In this document: piece by piece, positions 1-9,433 of the stretch
How the letters are laid out: each line of letters begins with the position of its first letter
Position numbering within the stretch: the first letter of the stretch is position 1
Assembly (NCBI GenBank): GCA_017656185.1
Contig: JACDOK010000001.1
Coordinates: 64,205-128,204 of the forward strand
DNA length: 64,000 bases
DNA from: Peptococcaceae bacterium
GTDB lineage: Bacteria > Bacillota > Desulfotomaculia > Desulfotomaculales > JACDOK01
Direction: 5' to 3'
Made by a program: the position numbers and the translations under genes
Notes under the pieces: model-generated
The model's database searches: none
What the model was told of the DNA's origin: nothing
What the model saw: the letters and a program-made list of their open reading frames with translations, nothing else

Positions 1-66
1 TACTCACTGTTTCCCGCTTACTGCTCACTGATTACTGTTTCCTGACTACTGTTTACTGATTAACTG
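1..66 (-). repeat. Tandem heptamer tract (minus-strand CAGTAAN, plus-strand TTACTGN), about 9 units, truncated by the window edge
   Basis: ACTG recurs at 6, 20, 27, 34, 48, 55 and 63, with spacing of 7 or 14 nt. The tract includes the last codons and the TAA stop (53-55) of the 53..1204 gene. The same consensus occurs at 44778-44819. Confidence 0.6.
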
Positions 67-1204
67 ATGGTGGTACGACGGGCTTGCCGTAATCATAGTA
101 CCGGTAGTTAATGGCAATCATATCCTTCACACTGCGTCCTGTCCACACGTCTTGAAAATACATCCAGACCTTTAAATCCTTTTCCTTAATTAGTTTGCTG
201 TTCTCATCAAGATAAAACTTATATGAAATAGTAATATTATCATAGAAAGAGCTCAAAAGACTGATGACTTTCTTCCATTCGCCCGGGTCTTTACCGTCAC
301 CAATTCTTTTTAACAGTTCGAGAGTTTGTTCTTTATTTAAATTAATCTCTATCACTACAAGGCCTTCTTCCGCAGATTTGTCAGACTTGAAACGCGAGCG
401 CACCCCCGGAACCTGTAAAACCTGTTCAATATCCTGTTCACCGGATAATGATGCCGTGCCGGTCAGGCTGCCGGCAGGTAGTTCGGCTGAAGTTTCCTCG
501 GAGGTCTTCTTAACCCACGTATCCCCCTTCTTGATAAACAGGTTATCACCATCCAGGTACATTACCTGTGCCTCCGCATCTTCCCCATTAAGAGGTTTGA
601 TCGCGGCATAAACCTTCCCACCGGCCTGAGCCCATCCCGAGACTTCCTGTTTACGGCCCGATATATTAAGTTCAGGCCCGTTATCAATCTGCGTCAAAGA
701 CTCCACTGTACCGGTAAAATATACCGTATCAAACGTCTTAACGGCCTCCATGGCCTCCCTTAAAAATACCTCGGAGCCATCATCGGGCGTGATAACGGCT
801 ACCGTGTGCGAAGCAGGCAACCATTTTACAGAACAGCCCAGGCTTTCAGCTACAAAGCGCAGAGGTACGAAAGTTCTGTTATTCTTAACGCGGGGCGGGA
901 CTCGCAGCGGGACCTCCCGGTCTCCTACCACAGCCGTTGTTGAGCCGATTTGCAGCGTAACCTGCTCCCCACCGTAACCAGTTATACTTACCTTTTTTTC
1001 CTTCCCGTCCCAAGATACATATGTTCCCAAGGCTTCGGCAATAATACGGTACGGTACCATGGTAGTCCCCTGCTCAATGTAGGGCGGTTCATCACATTGC
1101 AGCTCCGCCCCGTCCAGAGTTAAAGTCAAAGGTGCCGCTCCATAGGCGAAGCTTATTGTCATAAACACCAAACACAGCGCCACTAATACGCACCGCAGCT
1201 GCAC
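53..1204 (-). CDS. Secreted protein with a copper-amine-oxidase N-terminal-like (stalk) domain
   Basis: The ORF track starts at 1366. A GTG at 1204 sits 7 nt after AAGGAGG and opens a signal-peptide-like segment (VQLRCVLVALCLVFMTISFAYGAAP). The motif ...VPYRIIAEALG...VSWD...RTFVPLRFVAESLG is typical of that domain. A terminator hairpin at 1340-1373 lies inside the longer ORF version. Confidence 0.6.
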   Translation of the reverse strand: MQLRCVLVALCLVFMTISFAYGAAPLTLTLDGAELQCDEPPYIEQGTTMVPYRIIAEALGTYVSWDGKEKKVSITGYGGEQVTLQIGSTTAVVGDREVPLRVPPRVKNNRTFVPLRFVAESLGCSVKWLPASHTVAVITPDDGSEVFLREAMEAVKTFDTVYFTGTVESLTQIDNGPELNISGRKQEVSGWAQAGGKVYAAIKPLNGEDAEAQVMYLDGDNLFIKKGDTWVKKTSEETSAELPAGSLTGTASLSGEQDIEQVLQVPGVRSRFKSDKSAEEGLVVIEINLNKEQTLELLKRIGDGKDPGEWKKVISLLSSFYDNITISYKFYLDENSKLIKEKDLKVWMYFQDVWTGRSVKDMIAINYRYYDYGKPVVPPSVNQ

Positions 1205-1339
1205 GGCAGCGCCTCCTTTTCCCAACCAGGAAACAGTAAAGATTTCTTTTGGTAGACTTCGCCAAACTTTTTGAAATCCCTGCCGTATCCTTGTCGTATC
1301 AACCCCTTTCAAATTACATAGGAAAAGCAGGACCGGAAA

Positions 1340-1373
1340 ACATAAAAGGGGTGGCACGAAGACCACCCCTTTT
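1340..1373 (-). terminator. Intrinsic terminator downstream of opuAC (hairpin usable in both directions)
   Basis: Stem GGGGTGG (1348-1354) pairs with CCACCCC (1363-1369). On the minus strand it is followed by TTTTATGTTTT. Confidence 0.6.
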
Positions 1374-1398
1374 AATGCGGTGTAGTGTATGCTGTTAC

Positions 1399-2301
1399 TT
1401 ACTGGGCCATATCCTCAATGGAATCAATGGTAACGTACTTCGGCACAACCAAACCGATTCTGGTGCCTTCGAGGTTCGGCCCGAGGTTCTCAACCTTATC
1501 CTTTACCTTTTCGTAATAGTCTTTGTGTGTGGTAGGCAGCCAAGCCGCCACGATGGCGTCAAAGGAACCCGCGCCGATACCCTGCCACATTACGCCAGCG
1601 TCAACGGCTTGCAGTTCAACATCATAACCCATCTTCATTAAAACGTGCTTGACGACGTGCGTGCTGGCGATTTCAGAATCCCATTCCACGTAACCGAGGA
1701 CAATCTTGTCTTTGCCTTTTTCAACACCTTCCGGGATCCACTCATTTACCATGTCCTGGTGCTCTTTGATGAATTTCTCCGCCGCAGCATCTGGGTCCAT
1801 TTCATTTACATTGATGTCCAGCATTACAGCTTCCATGTCAGACGGTTTCCAGTAGAAGTTGTCCAGCATCTGGTAAGCTGCCGGCGCCTCGTCCTTCAGT
1901 GTCGGGGTTACAATGGTATCTATTTCCTCTTCGCCACCGTAAATACCCTTAGGATCTTCCAGGTATTTAAGGTCCCACTTGGCAAATTTCCAGTGCGGGG
2001 TCCACCCGGTTACAACGATCCATTCCTTATCATTGATCGCCTTTTTGAGGGCCGCGACCATACCGGCACTGGAACTGTCCTGCAGTTCATAACCTTCCAA
2101 ACCGTACTCCTTAATCGCCTTTTCAGTCGCTTTCATGATACCGGCGCCCGGCTCGATACCCACAATCCTGCCGCCAAACTTGTCCCTTACACTCGCCTGA
2201 TCATCGCCAGCATTTTCCGTTCCGCCGCCGCAACCGGCCACAAATGCTCCCAGCATCACTACCGCAGCGATTACGGCTAAAACTTTCGACCATCTCAACA
2301 A
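1399..2301 (-). CDS. opuAC: Glycine betaine/proline betaine ABC transporter substrate-binding lipoprotein
   Basis: Lipobox signal (LGAFVAGCGG). Periplasmic betaine-binding-type sequence. Sits in an operon with the permease and ATPase. Confidence 0.85.
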   Translation of the reverse strand: MLRWSKVLAVIAAVVMLGAFVAGCGGGTENAGDDQASVRDKFGGRIVGIEPGAGIMKATEKAIKEYGLEGYELQDSSSAGMVAALKKAINDKEWIVVTGWTPHWKFAKWDLKYLEDPKGIYGGEEEIDTIVTPTLKDEAPAAYQMLDNFYWKPSDMEAVMLDINVNEMDPDAAAEKFIKEHQDMVNEWIPEGVEKGKDKIVLGYVEWDSEIASTHVVKHVLMKMGYDVELQAVDAGVMWQGIGAGSFDAIVAAWLPTTHKDYYEKVKDKVENLGPNLEGTRIGLVVPKYVTIDSIEDMAQ

Positions 2302-2414
2302 AAATATCCCTCCTCTTAAAATTGTACTATTTTATGAAAAAGTTACCGGTTAACAAAGGTTACCGCGTAACCTTTTCAACTCTCATCCACTTTTCTGCCA
2401 CCAAACCAAAATCC

Positions 2415-3260
2415 TTAGGTAGTTTCTTTCTTCTGCTTGCCCTTCAAGTTTTGCGTGATACGGTCCAGAATAATGGCTACAATTACAATGGCGAGCCCGC
2501 TTTCAAATCCTCGCGGGACGTCTAAACGCTGCAAACCACGCAGCACCTCTCCCCCAAGTCCACCGGCCCCGATCATTGCCGCGATGACCACCATGGAAAG
2601 CGCCAGCATAATACACTGGTTGACACCGGCCATAATAGTCGGCAAAGCCAGGGGAAGCTGCACCTTGACAAGCATCTGGTTTCTTGTAGAACCGAATGCC
2701 TTGGCAGCCTCAATCAATTCCGCAGGCACCTGGCGGATGCCCAGCCCGGTCAACCTGATCACAGGCGGCATGGCAAAAATGATGGTGGCCACAAGGGCCG
2801 GTACCTCTCCGATGTCGAATAATAGTACTGCTGGTACAAGGTATACGAACGGCGGCATAGTCTGCATAAAATCGAGAATGGGGCGTACAATCCTATCGAC
2901 TATGTCACTCCAGGCCGTAAGAATACCAATAGGAATACCCACAATCAATGCCAGAAAAGCGGAGGACAAAACCAGGGCCAGCGTGCTCATTCCCGGGTCC
3001 CACATGTCGAGGTTGAGGATCAAAAGCAACCCCACACCCGTCCACAACGCAATTTTTCTATTGGCTAATAACCACACCAGAGCCATAAGTATTGCTATCA
3101 ATACCACCGGAGGCGGAAACAACAAGGCATTAGTAAAAGCTTGAATAACAGCCTCAATAACGTCACTCACAAATTCAAAGAACCCGCCGAAATAAGCGTC
3201 CAGAAACTCAACAAACGCCTCAACCCAGTCACCAATTGGAATTTTGGGGATTGCATCCAC
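2415..3260 (-). CDS. opuAB: Glycine betaine ABC transporter permease
   Basis: Multi-TM BPD-type permease. Its start overlaps the stop of the ATPase gene at 3260. Confidence 0.9.
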   Translation of the reverse strand: MDAIPKIPIGDWVEAFVEFLDAYFGGFFEFVSDVIEAVIQAFTNALLFPPPVVLIAILMALVWLLANRKIALWTGVGLLLILNLDMWDPGMSTLALVLSSAFLALIVGIPIGILTAWSDIVDRIVRPILDFMQTMPPFVYLVPAVLLFDIGEVPALVATIIFAMPPVIRLTGLGIRQVPAELIEAAKAFGSTRNQMLVKVQLPLALPTIMAGVNQCIMLALSMVVIAAMIGAGGLGGEVLRGLQRLDVPRGFESGLAIVIVAIILDRITQNLKGKQKKETT

Positions 3261-4519
3261 TATTCCTCATCCCCCTTTCTAACCATTCCGGCCAACAGGG
3301 CGCCACGCACGATAACACCAAGCAGTTTGTTATCGTCATTGACAACGGCTACGGGAAACTTGGATTCCGCCAGCACGGGAATAAGATCACTTACCGGCGT
3401 ATCCGGTTTTGCCGTGGGAACGTCAGTAATCAATATTTTGGACAAATCTTTCTCACCGCGTTCACGTGCTTCATAGGCGTCGTCGGCCGTGACGATGCCG
3501 GCCAGCTTCCGTTCCCGCGTTACCACAAAAATACTGGAGATCCCAGCCTCCCGCATCGCGCGTAAAGCCACCCGTGGACCCTCTTTAAGCGCTACCGTCT
3601 CCACGGGCGCTTTCATGACACCTTCGGCCACGAGAACTTTGGTCATATCCACGTCTTCCACAAACTTGCGGACATACTTGTTGGCCGGGTTGGTCAGGAT
3701 TTCTTCCGGCGTACCGATCTGGACGATATGCCCGTCCTTCATCAAAGCGATGCGGTCTCCGATGCGCAATGCCTCATCCAGGTCGTGGGTAACAAAGATG
3801 ATAGTCTTGTTAACCTTACTTTGGAGACTAAGCAGCTCGTTCTGCATTTCGCGGCGAATTAACGGGTCAAGCGCGCTAAAGGCCTCGTCCATCAGAAGAA
3901 TATCGGGGTCGTTTGCCAGTGCCCGCGCCAATCCCACGCGCTGCTGCATACCACCGCTGAGTTGGTCGGGAAGCGAGTTTTCCCATTGCTTGAGGCCTAC
4001 CATCTCCAATACTTTGCGTGCTCTTTCCAATCGTTCCTTTTCGTCGATACCTTGGATTTCCAAGCCAAAGGCGACATTATTGATTACCGTGCGGTGTGGG
4101 AAAAGAGCAAACCGCTGAAACACCATGCTGGCCTTTTTGCGCCGCAGTTCCAACAGGCCTTCCTCATCCAGGTCCACCACATTTTTACCGTCAATCAGGA
4201 TTTCACCGCTGGTAGGTTCAATCAAACGGTTTAGACAGCGCATTAAAGTGGACTTGCCACTACCCGACAGGCCCATTAAGACAAAAATCTCACCCTCGTC
4301 AACTTCGAAGCTGGCATTAGAAACCCCAACAGTCTGTCCGGTTTTCTCAAGGATCTCTTCTTTGGAGCACCCTTCCTCAATCAGTTTTAACGCCTTTTCA
4401 GGATGATCACCGAATATTTTGCTCAGGTTTCTAACAACAATCTTTTTTTGCACATTCTTACCTTTATCTGCTGACCTTTCTCCGGGGTGATCCAACCGTT
4501 CCTTATCTTGCTCTACCAT
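3260..4519 (-). CDS. opuAA: Glycine betaine ABC transporter ATP-binding protein with C-terminal tandem CBS domains
   Basis: Walker A GLSGSGKST, signature LSGGMQQR, Walker B ILLMDEAFS. The CBS pair lies in the last ~120 aa. Confidence 0.9.
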   Translation of the reverse strand: MVEQDKERLDHPGERSADKGKNVQKKIVVRNLSKIFGDHPEKALKLIEEGCSKEEILEKTGQTVGVSNASFEVDEGEIFVLMGLSGSGKSTLMRCLNRLIEPTSGEILIDGKNVVDLDEEGLLELRRKKASMVFQRFALFPHRTVINNVAFGLEIQGIDEKERLERARKVLEMVGLKQWENSLPDQLSGGMQQRVGLARALANDPDILLMDEAFSALDPLIRREMQNELLSLQSKVNKTIIFVTHDLDEALRIGDRIALMKDGHIVQIGTPEEILTNPANKYVRKFVEDVDMTKVLVAEGVMKAPVETVALKEGPRVALRAMREAGISSIFVVTRERKLAGIVTADDAYEARERGEKDLSKILITDVPTAKPDTPVSDLIPVLAESKFPVAVVNDDNKLLGVIVRGALLAGMVRKGDEE

Positions 4520-4575
4520 AACATTTCCCTTCTTCCCTAATTAATGCCTCAAAAAATCATATCCTAAAATGACAT

Positions 4576-4605
4576 AAAAAAACCCGAGGGTAGGCTCCCG
4601 GGTTT
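4576..4605 (-). terminator. Intrinsic terminator forming the expression platform of the c-di-AMP riboswitch
   Basis: Minus strand reads AAACCCGGGAGCCTACCCTCGGGTTTTTTTAT: a GC-rich hairpin plus a 7-T run, between the aptamer and the opuAA start. Confidence 0.7.
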
Positions 4606-4619
4606 AGCCTGCACCCTCA

Positions 4620-4740
4620 CCAACGCTTACGAGGTTAGCTGACGGGCTCGGGCTGGAAAGTAGCCCTACCTGCTAGCACAAGCTGGATTCGCCCCACAGA
4701 TTGGTTCCCCCGCTCCCTCCAGTGAGAGACTCAGCGTATA
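4620..4740 (-). promoter_or_regulatory. c-di-AMP riboswitch (ydaO-yuaA class)
   Basis: Minus strand reads ACGCTGAGTC...GGAGGGAGCGGGGGAACCAATCTGTGGGGCGAATCC...GGTAGGGC...CCCGAGCCCGTCAGCTAACCTCGTAAGCGT. These blocks match the conserved ydaO blocks as I recall them from the B. subtilis element (GAGCGGGGGACCCA / GGGGUGAAUCC / GGUAGGGC / CCCGAACCCGUCAGCUAACCUCGUAAGCGU). Confidence 0.8.
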
Positions 4741-4923
4741 GATGCTAACTAATTATTCCACTTGTTTTTAAAGATCATGATATTATATGGCGGTTGTCTA
4801 ATATTTAAATGGTATCATATCCCAATTTACGTCGTCAAATCGCATCAGAAAAATTCAGCTTATTTTTACTTCAATAGATTTCGTCAGGCCCGTATCACAG
4901 CAAGTGCGATAGCACGCACGTAC

Positions 4924-5424
4924 TTAATTCCCCTTCTTTTCCACCGGCAGCCTGATTTCACTCTCCATTGCCTCGGGTGGTGTTTGAGTCGGATCTTTAA
5001 GATATTCTTCCTCCGCTGGCCCGGTGAGACGATAACCGTCACTAATCATACGGCTGAAGAGACTTTGGTATGTGGCTACCAGGTCGTCCCTTCCCGCGTG
5101 ATACTCACAGGCCAGAACCTGTCGTACCGGTACTTGTTTAATGCCGGGTGTGGTATCAGTTTCAGGTATTTCCGCGACATTATCACTATCAATTGCTATA
5201 AATATTTCCCATTCCGACTGCTCCGGCGGTACACCAAGGGGACTGGAATGATATACCACCGTGGGAAAACCCAAAGGCGTATAACCATTTTCCCGAATCC
5301 ATAATGCCAATTGTTCCAAGACCTGGGGCATTTGGTCGTAAGGGCCCTTGCCCATTTTAAAGACCACCGTTTTGGCAGGTACTTTTTTTAGTTTAACTTG
5401 AGACACCTTACCCTCTCCCTTCAC
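4924..5424 (-). CDS. GyrI-like small-molecule-binding domain protein
   Basis: 166 aa. Two-repeat layout with the pattern ...VVFKMGKGPYDQ...ALWIRENGY...EWEIFIAI..., typical of AraC-effector/GyrI-like domains. Recognised by eye only. Confidence 0.5.
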   Translation of the reverse strand: MKGEGKVSQVKLKKVPAKTVVFKMGKGPYDQMPQVLEQLALWIRENGYTPLGFPTVVYHSSPLGVPPEQSEWEIFIAIDSDNVAEIPETDTTPGIKQVPVRQVLACEYHAGRDDLVATYQSLFSRMISDGYRLTGPAEEEYLKDPTQTPPEAMESEIRLPVEKKGN

Positions 5425-5489
5425 TTACGTTAGCTTCGCCACTATACCGGAAAAAACCTTTCTATTATATTTCCTGTCACAACCTCTTT

Positions 5490-5528
5490 TAAAATTTTAA
5501 AACAGCAGGCGGGTTGCAAACCCGCCTG
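5490..5528 (-). terminator. Intrinsic terminator after the 5553..6044 gene
   Basis: Stem CAGGCGGGT (5506-5514) pairs with ACCCGCCTG (5520-5528). On the minus strand it is followed by CTGTTTTAAAATTTT. Confidence 0.55.
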
Positions 5529-5552
5529 GTACCATATTCAAGACTAATTCAT

Positions 5553-6044
5553 CTAAATCTTCCCCTTCATAACAGTGTCTTCCGGAAAAATGACCTTCTT
5601 CGTGTAATCCTGCTGGTCAAAACGGTACCTGCTGTTTACCACAATTACATTGCTGAAGAGGTCTTGGTATTTGGTTTCTACAATGATCTTATGAGGTCCG
5701 GAAAGAGTTTTATCTTGGGCTTGGAGCTCAATCTCAATCTTCTCGCCCGGGCCGAAGAAGGGAATATGATAATCTACCGTAAAATCACCACGGCATGTTA
5801 TATCAATATCCAGGGCCGGTCCGGGACCCACGTTCCGCAGTAAAATACACGGTACGGATGACTGCCCCTTACATGAAAATTTTTTAATCACCGGATGCAA
5901 TAACGGCCTGAACTGGGCCAACCTGTTTTCGTACATTTCCCGGGCCATTGCCCTCGATGAGCGTACGGAAAAATAGGTTAACAATGCCAGTATTGTTGTT
6001 CCACAGGCTGAAAGGACGGGTCCGTATTTCAGCAAAAATTCCAA
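5553..6044 (-). CDS. Hypothetical N-terminally membrane-anchored protein
   Basis: 163-aa ORF with one N-terminal TM segment and its own terminator. No recognisable family. Confidence 0.4.
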   Translation of the reverse strand: MEFLLKYGPVLSACGTTILALLTYFSVRSSRAMAREMYENRLAQFRPLLHPVIKKFSCKGQSSVPCILLRNVGPGPALDIDITCRGDFTVDYHIPFFGPGEKIEIELQAQDKTLSGPHKIIVETKYQDLFSNVIVVNSRYRFDQQDYTKKVIFPEDTVMKGKI

Positions 6045-6139
6045 CTGATATCACCTGTATTTTGACTTGAATGGTATGTCATTTTAAATGCTATGGTAAA
6101 ATATACATGTATTTTTTCCGACTGTTCCGGGAGGTATGT

Positions 6140-7213
6140 ATGTCCACATTTACTCGCCACATTCCCAATCAGGTTGCCATACTGGGGCGAACCCTCACCA
6201 GCGTTCTACCGGAGGTGGAGCGCCAGTTGGCCCGCTGGAAACAAAAAATCAATACCGGGCCTACCCATCACGAGTTGGCCCGGCAGGCCAGGGCCAGTAT
6301 CAGTTCCAAACGTTTTCACGCCCAAGGAGGCAGCGTATACGCCCTCTGCTATGGTACTTTTCGCCACGACTTGGTACGTCTCATCGTGGCTTTACAGATC
6401 ATCAGTGATTATCTCGACAATCTTTGTGACCAGGCCGGCTGTGAGGACGGCAAAGCCTTTCGGCAGCTGCACCAGTCTATGTTATGTGCCGTAAACCGAA
6501 ATGCAGCACCCCAGGATTTCTACCGTTACTATCCCTATAAAGACGACGGCGGATATCTTGACGCCCTTGTTTATGAGTGCCGGGAGATCATCGGCAGCCT
6601 GCCTTCCTATGATGTGGTTGAAGACCGGATCACATTTTTGGTACGCCTCTATACCGACCTGCAGGTTTATAAACATACCAGGCGCGACCGGCGTGAATCA
6701 TTGCTTCAATCTTGGTTCGCCACATACGAAAAAGACTATCCTATGCTGTACTGGTGGGAGTTTGCAGCCGCCGCCGGTTCAACGTTGGCGATGTTCGCCC
6801 TTTTTGCTGCTTCCGCCAGGCCCAACCTTACCCGCAAAGAGGTGGAGGATATCTTTAGCGCCTATTTCCCCTGGATTTGCGGGCTGCATATTTTACTGGA
6901 TTACTTTATTGACCAGGAAGAGGATCGTTGCGGTGGCGACTTAAATTTTGTTTTTTACTATCCCGACGAAGCAACCTGCCAACGCCGCCTGCTCCTGTTC
7001 CAGGAGGAGGCTTTGAACCGCGCGTCTTCCCTTCACCGTTCTTTTTTCCACCGTACCATTGTTAAGGGGCTTCCAGCTTTATACCTTTCGGATCCCAAGG
7101 TAAAATCTCAGAATTTGGAGGCCATTGCCCCGTTATTTTTCAAAGTCGCAGGTTGGGACGCCGCATTAATCCACTGGCTGTGCAAGGGATTACGAAGACT
7201 GCGGATGATTTAG
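6140..7213 (+). CDS. ytpB: DUF2600 family protein (tetraprenyl-beta-curcumene synthase YtpB-like)
   Basis: ATG at 6140 follows GGGAGGT; the ORF-track start at 6071 lacks an RBS. Motifs ISDYLDNLCDQ and DYFIDQEEDRCGGDLNF resemble the Asp-rich motifs of this family as I remember them. Confidence 0.55.
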   Translation: MSTFTRHIPNQVAILGRTLTSVLPEVERQLARWKQKINTGPTHHELARQARASISSKRFHAQGGSVYALCYGTFRHDLVRLIVALQIISDYLDNLCDQAGCEDGKAFRQLHQSMLCAVNRNAAPQDFYRYYPYKDDGGYLDALVYECREIIGSLPSYDVVEDRITFLVRLYTDLQVYKHTRRDRRESLLQSWFATYEKDYPMLYWWEFAAAAGSTLAMFALFAASARPNLTRKEVEDIFSAYFPWICGLHILLDYFIDQEEDRCGGDLNFVFYYPDEATCQRRLLLFQEEALNRASSLHRSFFHRTIVKGLPALYLSDPKVKSQNLEAIAPLFFKVAGWDAALIHWLCKGLRRLRMI

Positions 7214-7289
7214 GGTTTCATTCCTAAATTTAACGAAAACCAAGAGCAACTCTCACACGTCTTAATGGTAAGTGAGAGGATGATATCTT

Positions 7290-7745
7290 ATGGTTAGTAC
7301 AATCGGTAGTTTTTTTGCCAGCATTACTGCCCGATCCTGGTGGCAAATTGCCCTGGCCACTTTGGGCTGTCTTATGGTAGGAGGCCTCATTATTCTTGGG
7401 CTGCAGTCCTGGCAGGACCCAGATACCATCGCCCGTCACTTCACCGCACACTTGAAAGCGGGTAACGGACGAGCCTGGAACTATCTGGCACCTGCCGCAA
7501 AAGAGACCGTTTCGCCCTTTGACACCACATCGCTTTCCAAGCTCCTGAATACCATCGATAACAGTACCGCCGTTCCATCCCGCTCCACTAATGGATTCTT
7601 TAAACAAACGGTAGATGTGCCGCTTAAGGAGCTGGCAAACCGGTCTCAAAACAACCATGGTGTTCCTGAAAACCGGGTTTTGAGACTCTATTTCACCCGT
7701 ACCCTGGCGGGATGGAAAATATACCATATTGAACAAATCCCCTGA
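7290..7745 (+). CDS. Hypothetical membrane-anchored protein
   Basis: 151-aa ORF with an N-terminal TM segment, directly upstream of the ECF sigma gene. Confidence 0.4.
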   Translation: MVSTIGSFFASITARSWWQIALATLGCLMVGGLIILGLQSWQDPDTIARHFTAHLKAGNGRAWNYLAPAAKETVSPFDTTSLSKLLNTIDNSTAVPSRSTNGFFKQTVDVPLKELANRSQNNHGVPENRVLRLYFTRTLAGWKIYHIEQIP

Positions 7746-7791
7746 CCGTAAAATATGACCCGTCCACCCATTTACCGTTTGAAGAAAGGAA

Positions 7792-8394
7792 TTGTCACAA
7801 CCGGAAAAGAACTACACGGTAGATGGGTGGGTGAAAGCCTTGAGGTACCCCAACAAAAAAGTCGCTCATGACGTGGGTGCGCTGGAAATGCTTTTTAAGC
7901 TTTTCCATAAATCGGTATACCTAACAGCTTATTTTATCACCAAGGACCACAACCTTGCGGAAGACGTCGTGCAGGATACCTTTCTGCGCGCTTACGATAA
8001 ATTGGACCAGCTGCAGGATCATTCCAAGGTAGAAACATGGCTTCACCGCATCGCAAGCAACTTGGCTATTGACGTACTTCGCCGGAACAAGAAACTAGTA
8101 TCAACTCCCCCGGCAGAAACAGATCTTAAAACAGTCGACCCTGCAGCACAACCAGAAAGCAGCCTTTTGGTAAAAGAAGAAAGAGACAATGTAGTATCCG
8201 CTCTTGAGAATCTTCCCCCGGAGTACCAAGAAGTAATACTGCTAAGATACTACCGGGAAATGACCATTAAAGAAATTAGCGCCTTTTTGACCATTCCTGA
8301 AGGAACAGTGAAGACCCGACTGCGAAAAGCCCGTATTTTAATATCCCAGGTGCTGAATCATCCCCGGCAGGGCGCGGCAGAAACGGGGAGGTAG
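7792..8394 (+). CDS. RNA polymerase ECF-type sigma-70 factor
   Basis: Region 2 (DVVQDTFLRAY) and region 4 HTH (MTIKEISAFLTIPEGTVKTRLRKAR). TTG start. Confidence 0.8.
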   Translation: MSQPEKNYTVDGWVKALRYPNKKVAHDVGALEMLFKLFHKSVYLTAYFITKDHNLAEDVVQDTFLRAYDKLDQLQDHSKVETWLHRIASNLAIDVLRRNKKLVSTPPAETDLKTVDPAAQPESSLLVKEERDNVVSALENLPPEYQEVILLRYYREMTIKEISAFLTIPEGTVKTRLRKARILISQVLNHPRQGAAETGR

Positions 8395-8401
8395 GAATAA
8401 T

Positions 8402-9313
8402 ATGCCCAAGTATACCGACGAACAGATCGACAATATAATTCGCGAGATTATTCAGGAACGGATGAAAAACGCCGACCCGCCACCGGCTGAGGAGGCCTGG
8501 CAGCGCTTCCAACAGCGCTTAATGGAGCGCGAAAAGGCCAAGAACCGCATACATCTGGGCCCGTTTCATATGACCAAGAGAGCCCTGGTTGCTTGCATTT
8601 TGTTATTCTTTGCCGCCTCTCTGTCCATCGCCTATCCCGAACGGTTGACAGCAATCGGAAACAGCATCTATTACACCGTACGTACCGTCACCGTTCGCGA
8701 CGATAACACAGTGAATATTGCCATCGGGCGCTACAAAGACAACCCGCCGCCAGGTATTACCGAAAAGATGCGCCAAACTAAACTGCCACCTGCTACCGGC
8801 CATCCGCCGCCACCGCCACCTGATACCGAAAGCGGTTTCACCAGCGGAGTAAGCATAACTTCTACCGGGCCGGAAACGGGGGAAGCGGCTAAAGTGGTGG
8901 AGTTATCTACCCCTTCGCCGCGAAAAGGCCTTTCGCTCGAAGAAGTACGCGCCATAGCCCCCTTCATGGTCCGAGCACCTGGATACGTACCGGCAAGATT
9001 CAAGCTTAAAGATATTACCTACCGTCCCTACAGCGATTTGGCCGGCGAAGTTACTTTTGAATACCGCACTGCCAGCGGCGATCACATTTTGATCAGCCAG
9101 CAATTCGCTACCGGTGACGTCGGCATGGGACTGGGCTTTGACCGGGATGACACGGTAGTAAAAGAGGTAGATATAAAGGGTAATGAGGGGCTATTGCTCG
9201 AGCACAAAGGTGGAAAATACTGCAGTTTGCACTGGTTTGACAACGCCAGCCATTTCCGCGTGAGTGGTCGTCTCAGCCCTGAAGAAATACTCAAAGTAGC
9301 CCGCTCTATGTAG
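8402..9313 (+). CDS. Putative anti-sigma factor / membrane protein with a Pro-rich linker
   Basis: Starts 8 nt after the sigma gene. Has a single TM (ALVACILLFFAASLSIAY), a PPPPPP linker and an extracytoplasmic C-terminal domain (DUF4367-like by eye). Confidence 0.45.
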   Translation: MPKYTDEQIDNIIREIIQERMKNADPPPAEEAWQRFQQRLMEREKAKNRIHLGPFHMTKRALVACILLFFAASLSIAYPERLTAIGNSIYYTVRTVTVRDDNTVNIAIGRYKDNPPPGITEKMRQTKLPPATGHPPPPPPDTESGFTSGVSITSTGPETGEAAKVVELSTPSPRKGLSLEEVRAIAPFMVRAPGYVPARFKLKDITYRPYSDLAGEVTFEYRTASGDHILISQQFATGDVGMGLGFDRDDTVVKEVDIKGNEGLLLEHKGGKYCSLHWFDNASHFRVSGRLSPEEILKVARSM

Positions 9314-9329
9314 GGGGCTGCTCTTTTTA
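9296..9329 (+). terminator. Intrinsic terminator after the sigma/anti-sigma pair
   Basis: GTAGCCC (9296-9302) pairs with GGGCTGC (9315-9321), followed by TCTTTTTAT. Confidence 0.5.
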
Positions 9330-9433
9330 TCCTTAACATAAATTTATCAAAAAATTTTTACAATTGGGCAGGATTTACCACCCAGGTTATCCAAGCATAA
9401 ACTAAGGCAGCAGATTGGGAGTGGGGGGTTAAA

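Noticed and set aside
1381-1401. CAGTAAGTAACAG after the opuAC stop, as a possible third instance of the CAGTAAN heptamer tract
   Set aside because: There are only two partial units and they are out of 7-nt phase. This is insufficient to call.
2340-2380. Stem-loop AAGGTTAC-CGC-GTAACCTT in the opuAB-opuAC spacer
   Set aside because: It is probably an intra-operon mRNA-stability or partial-termination hairpin. The T-run is weak, nothing is unusual, and it is not reported as a feature.
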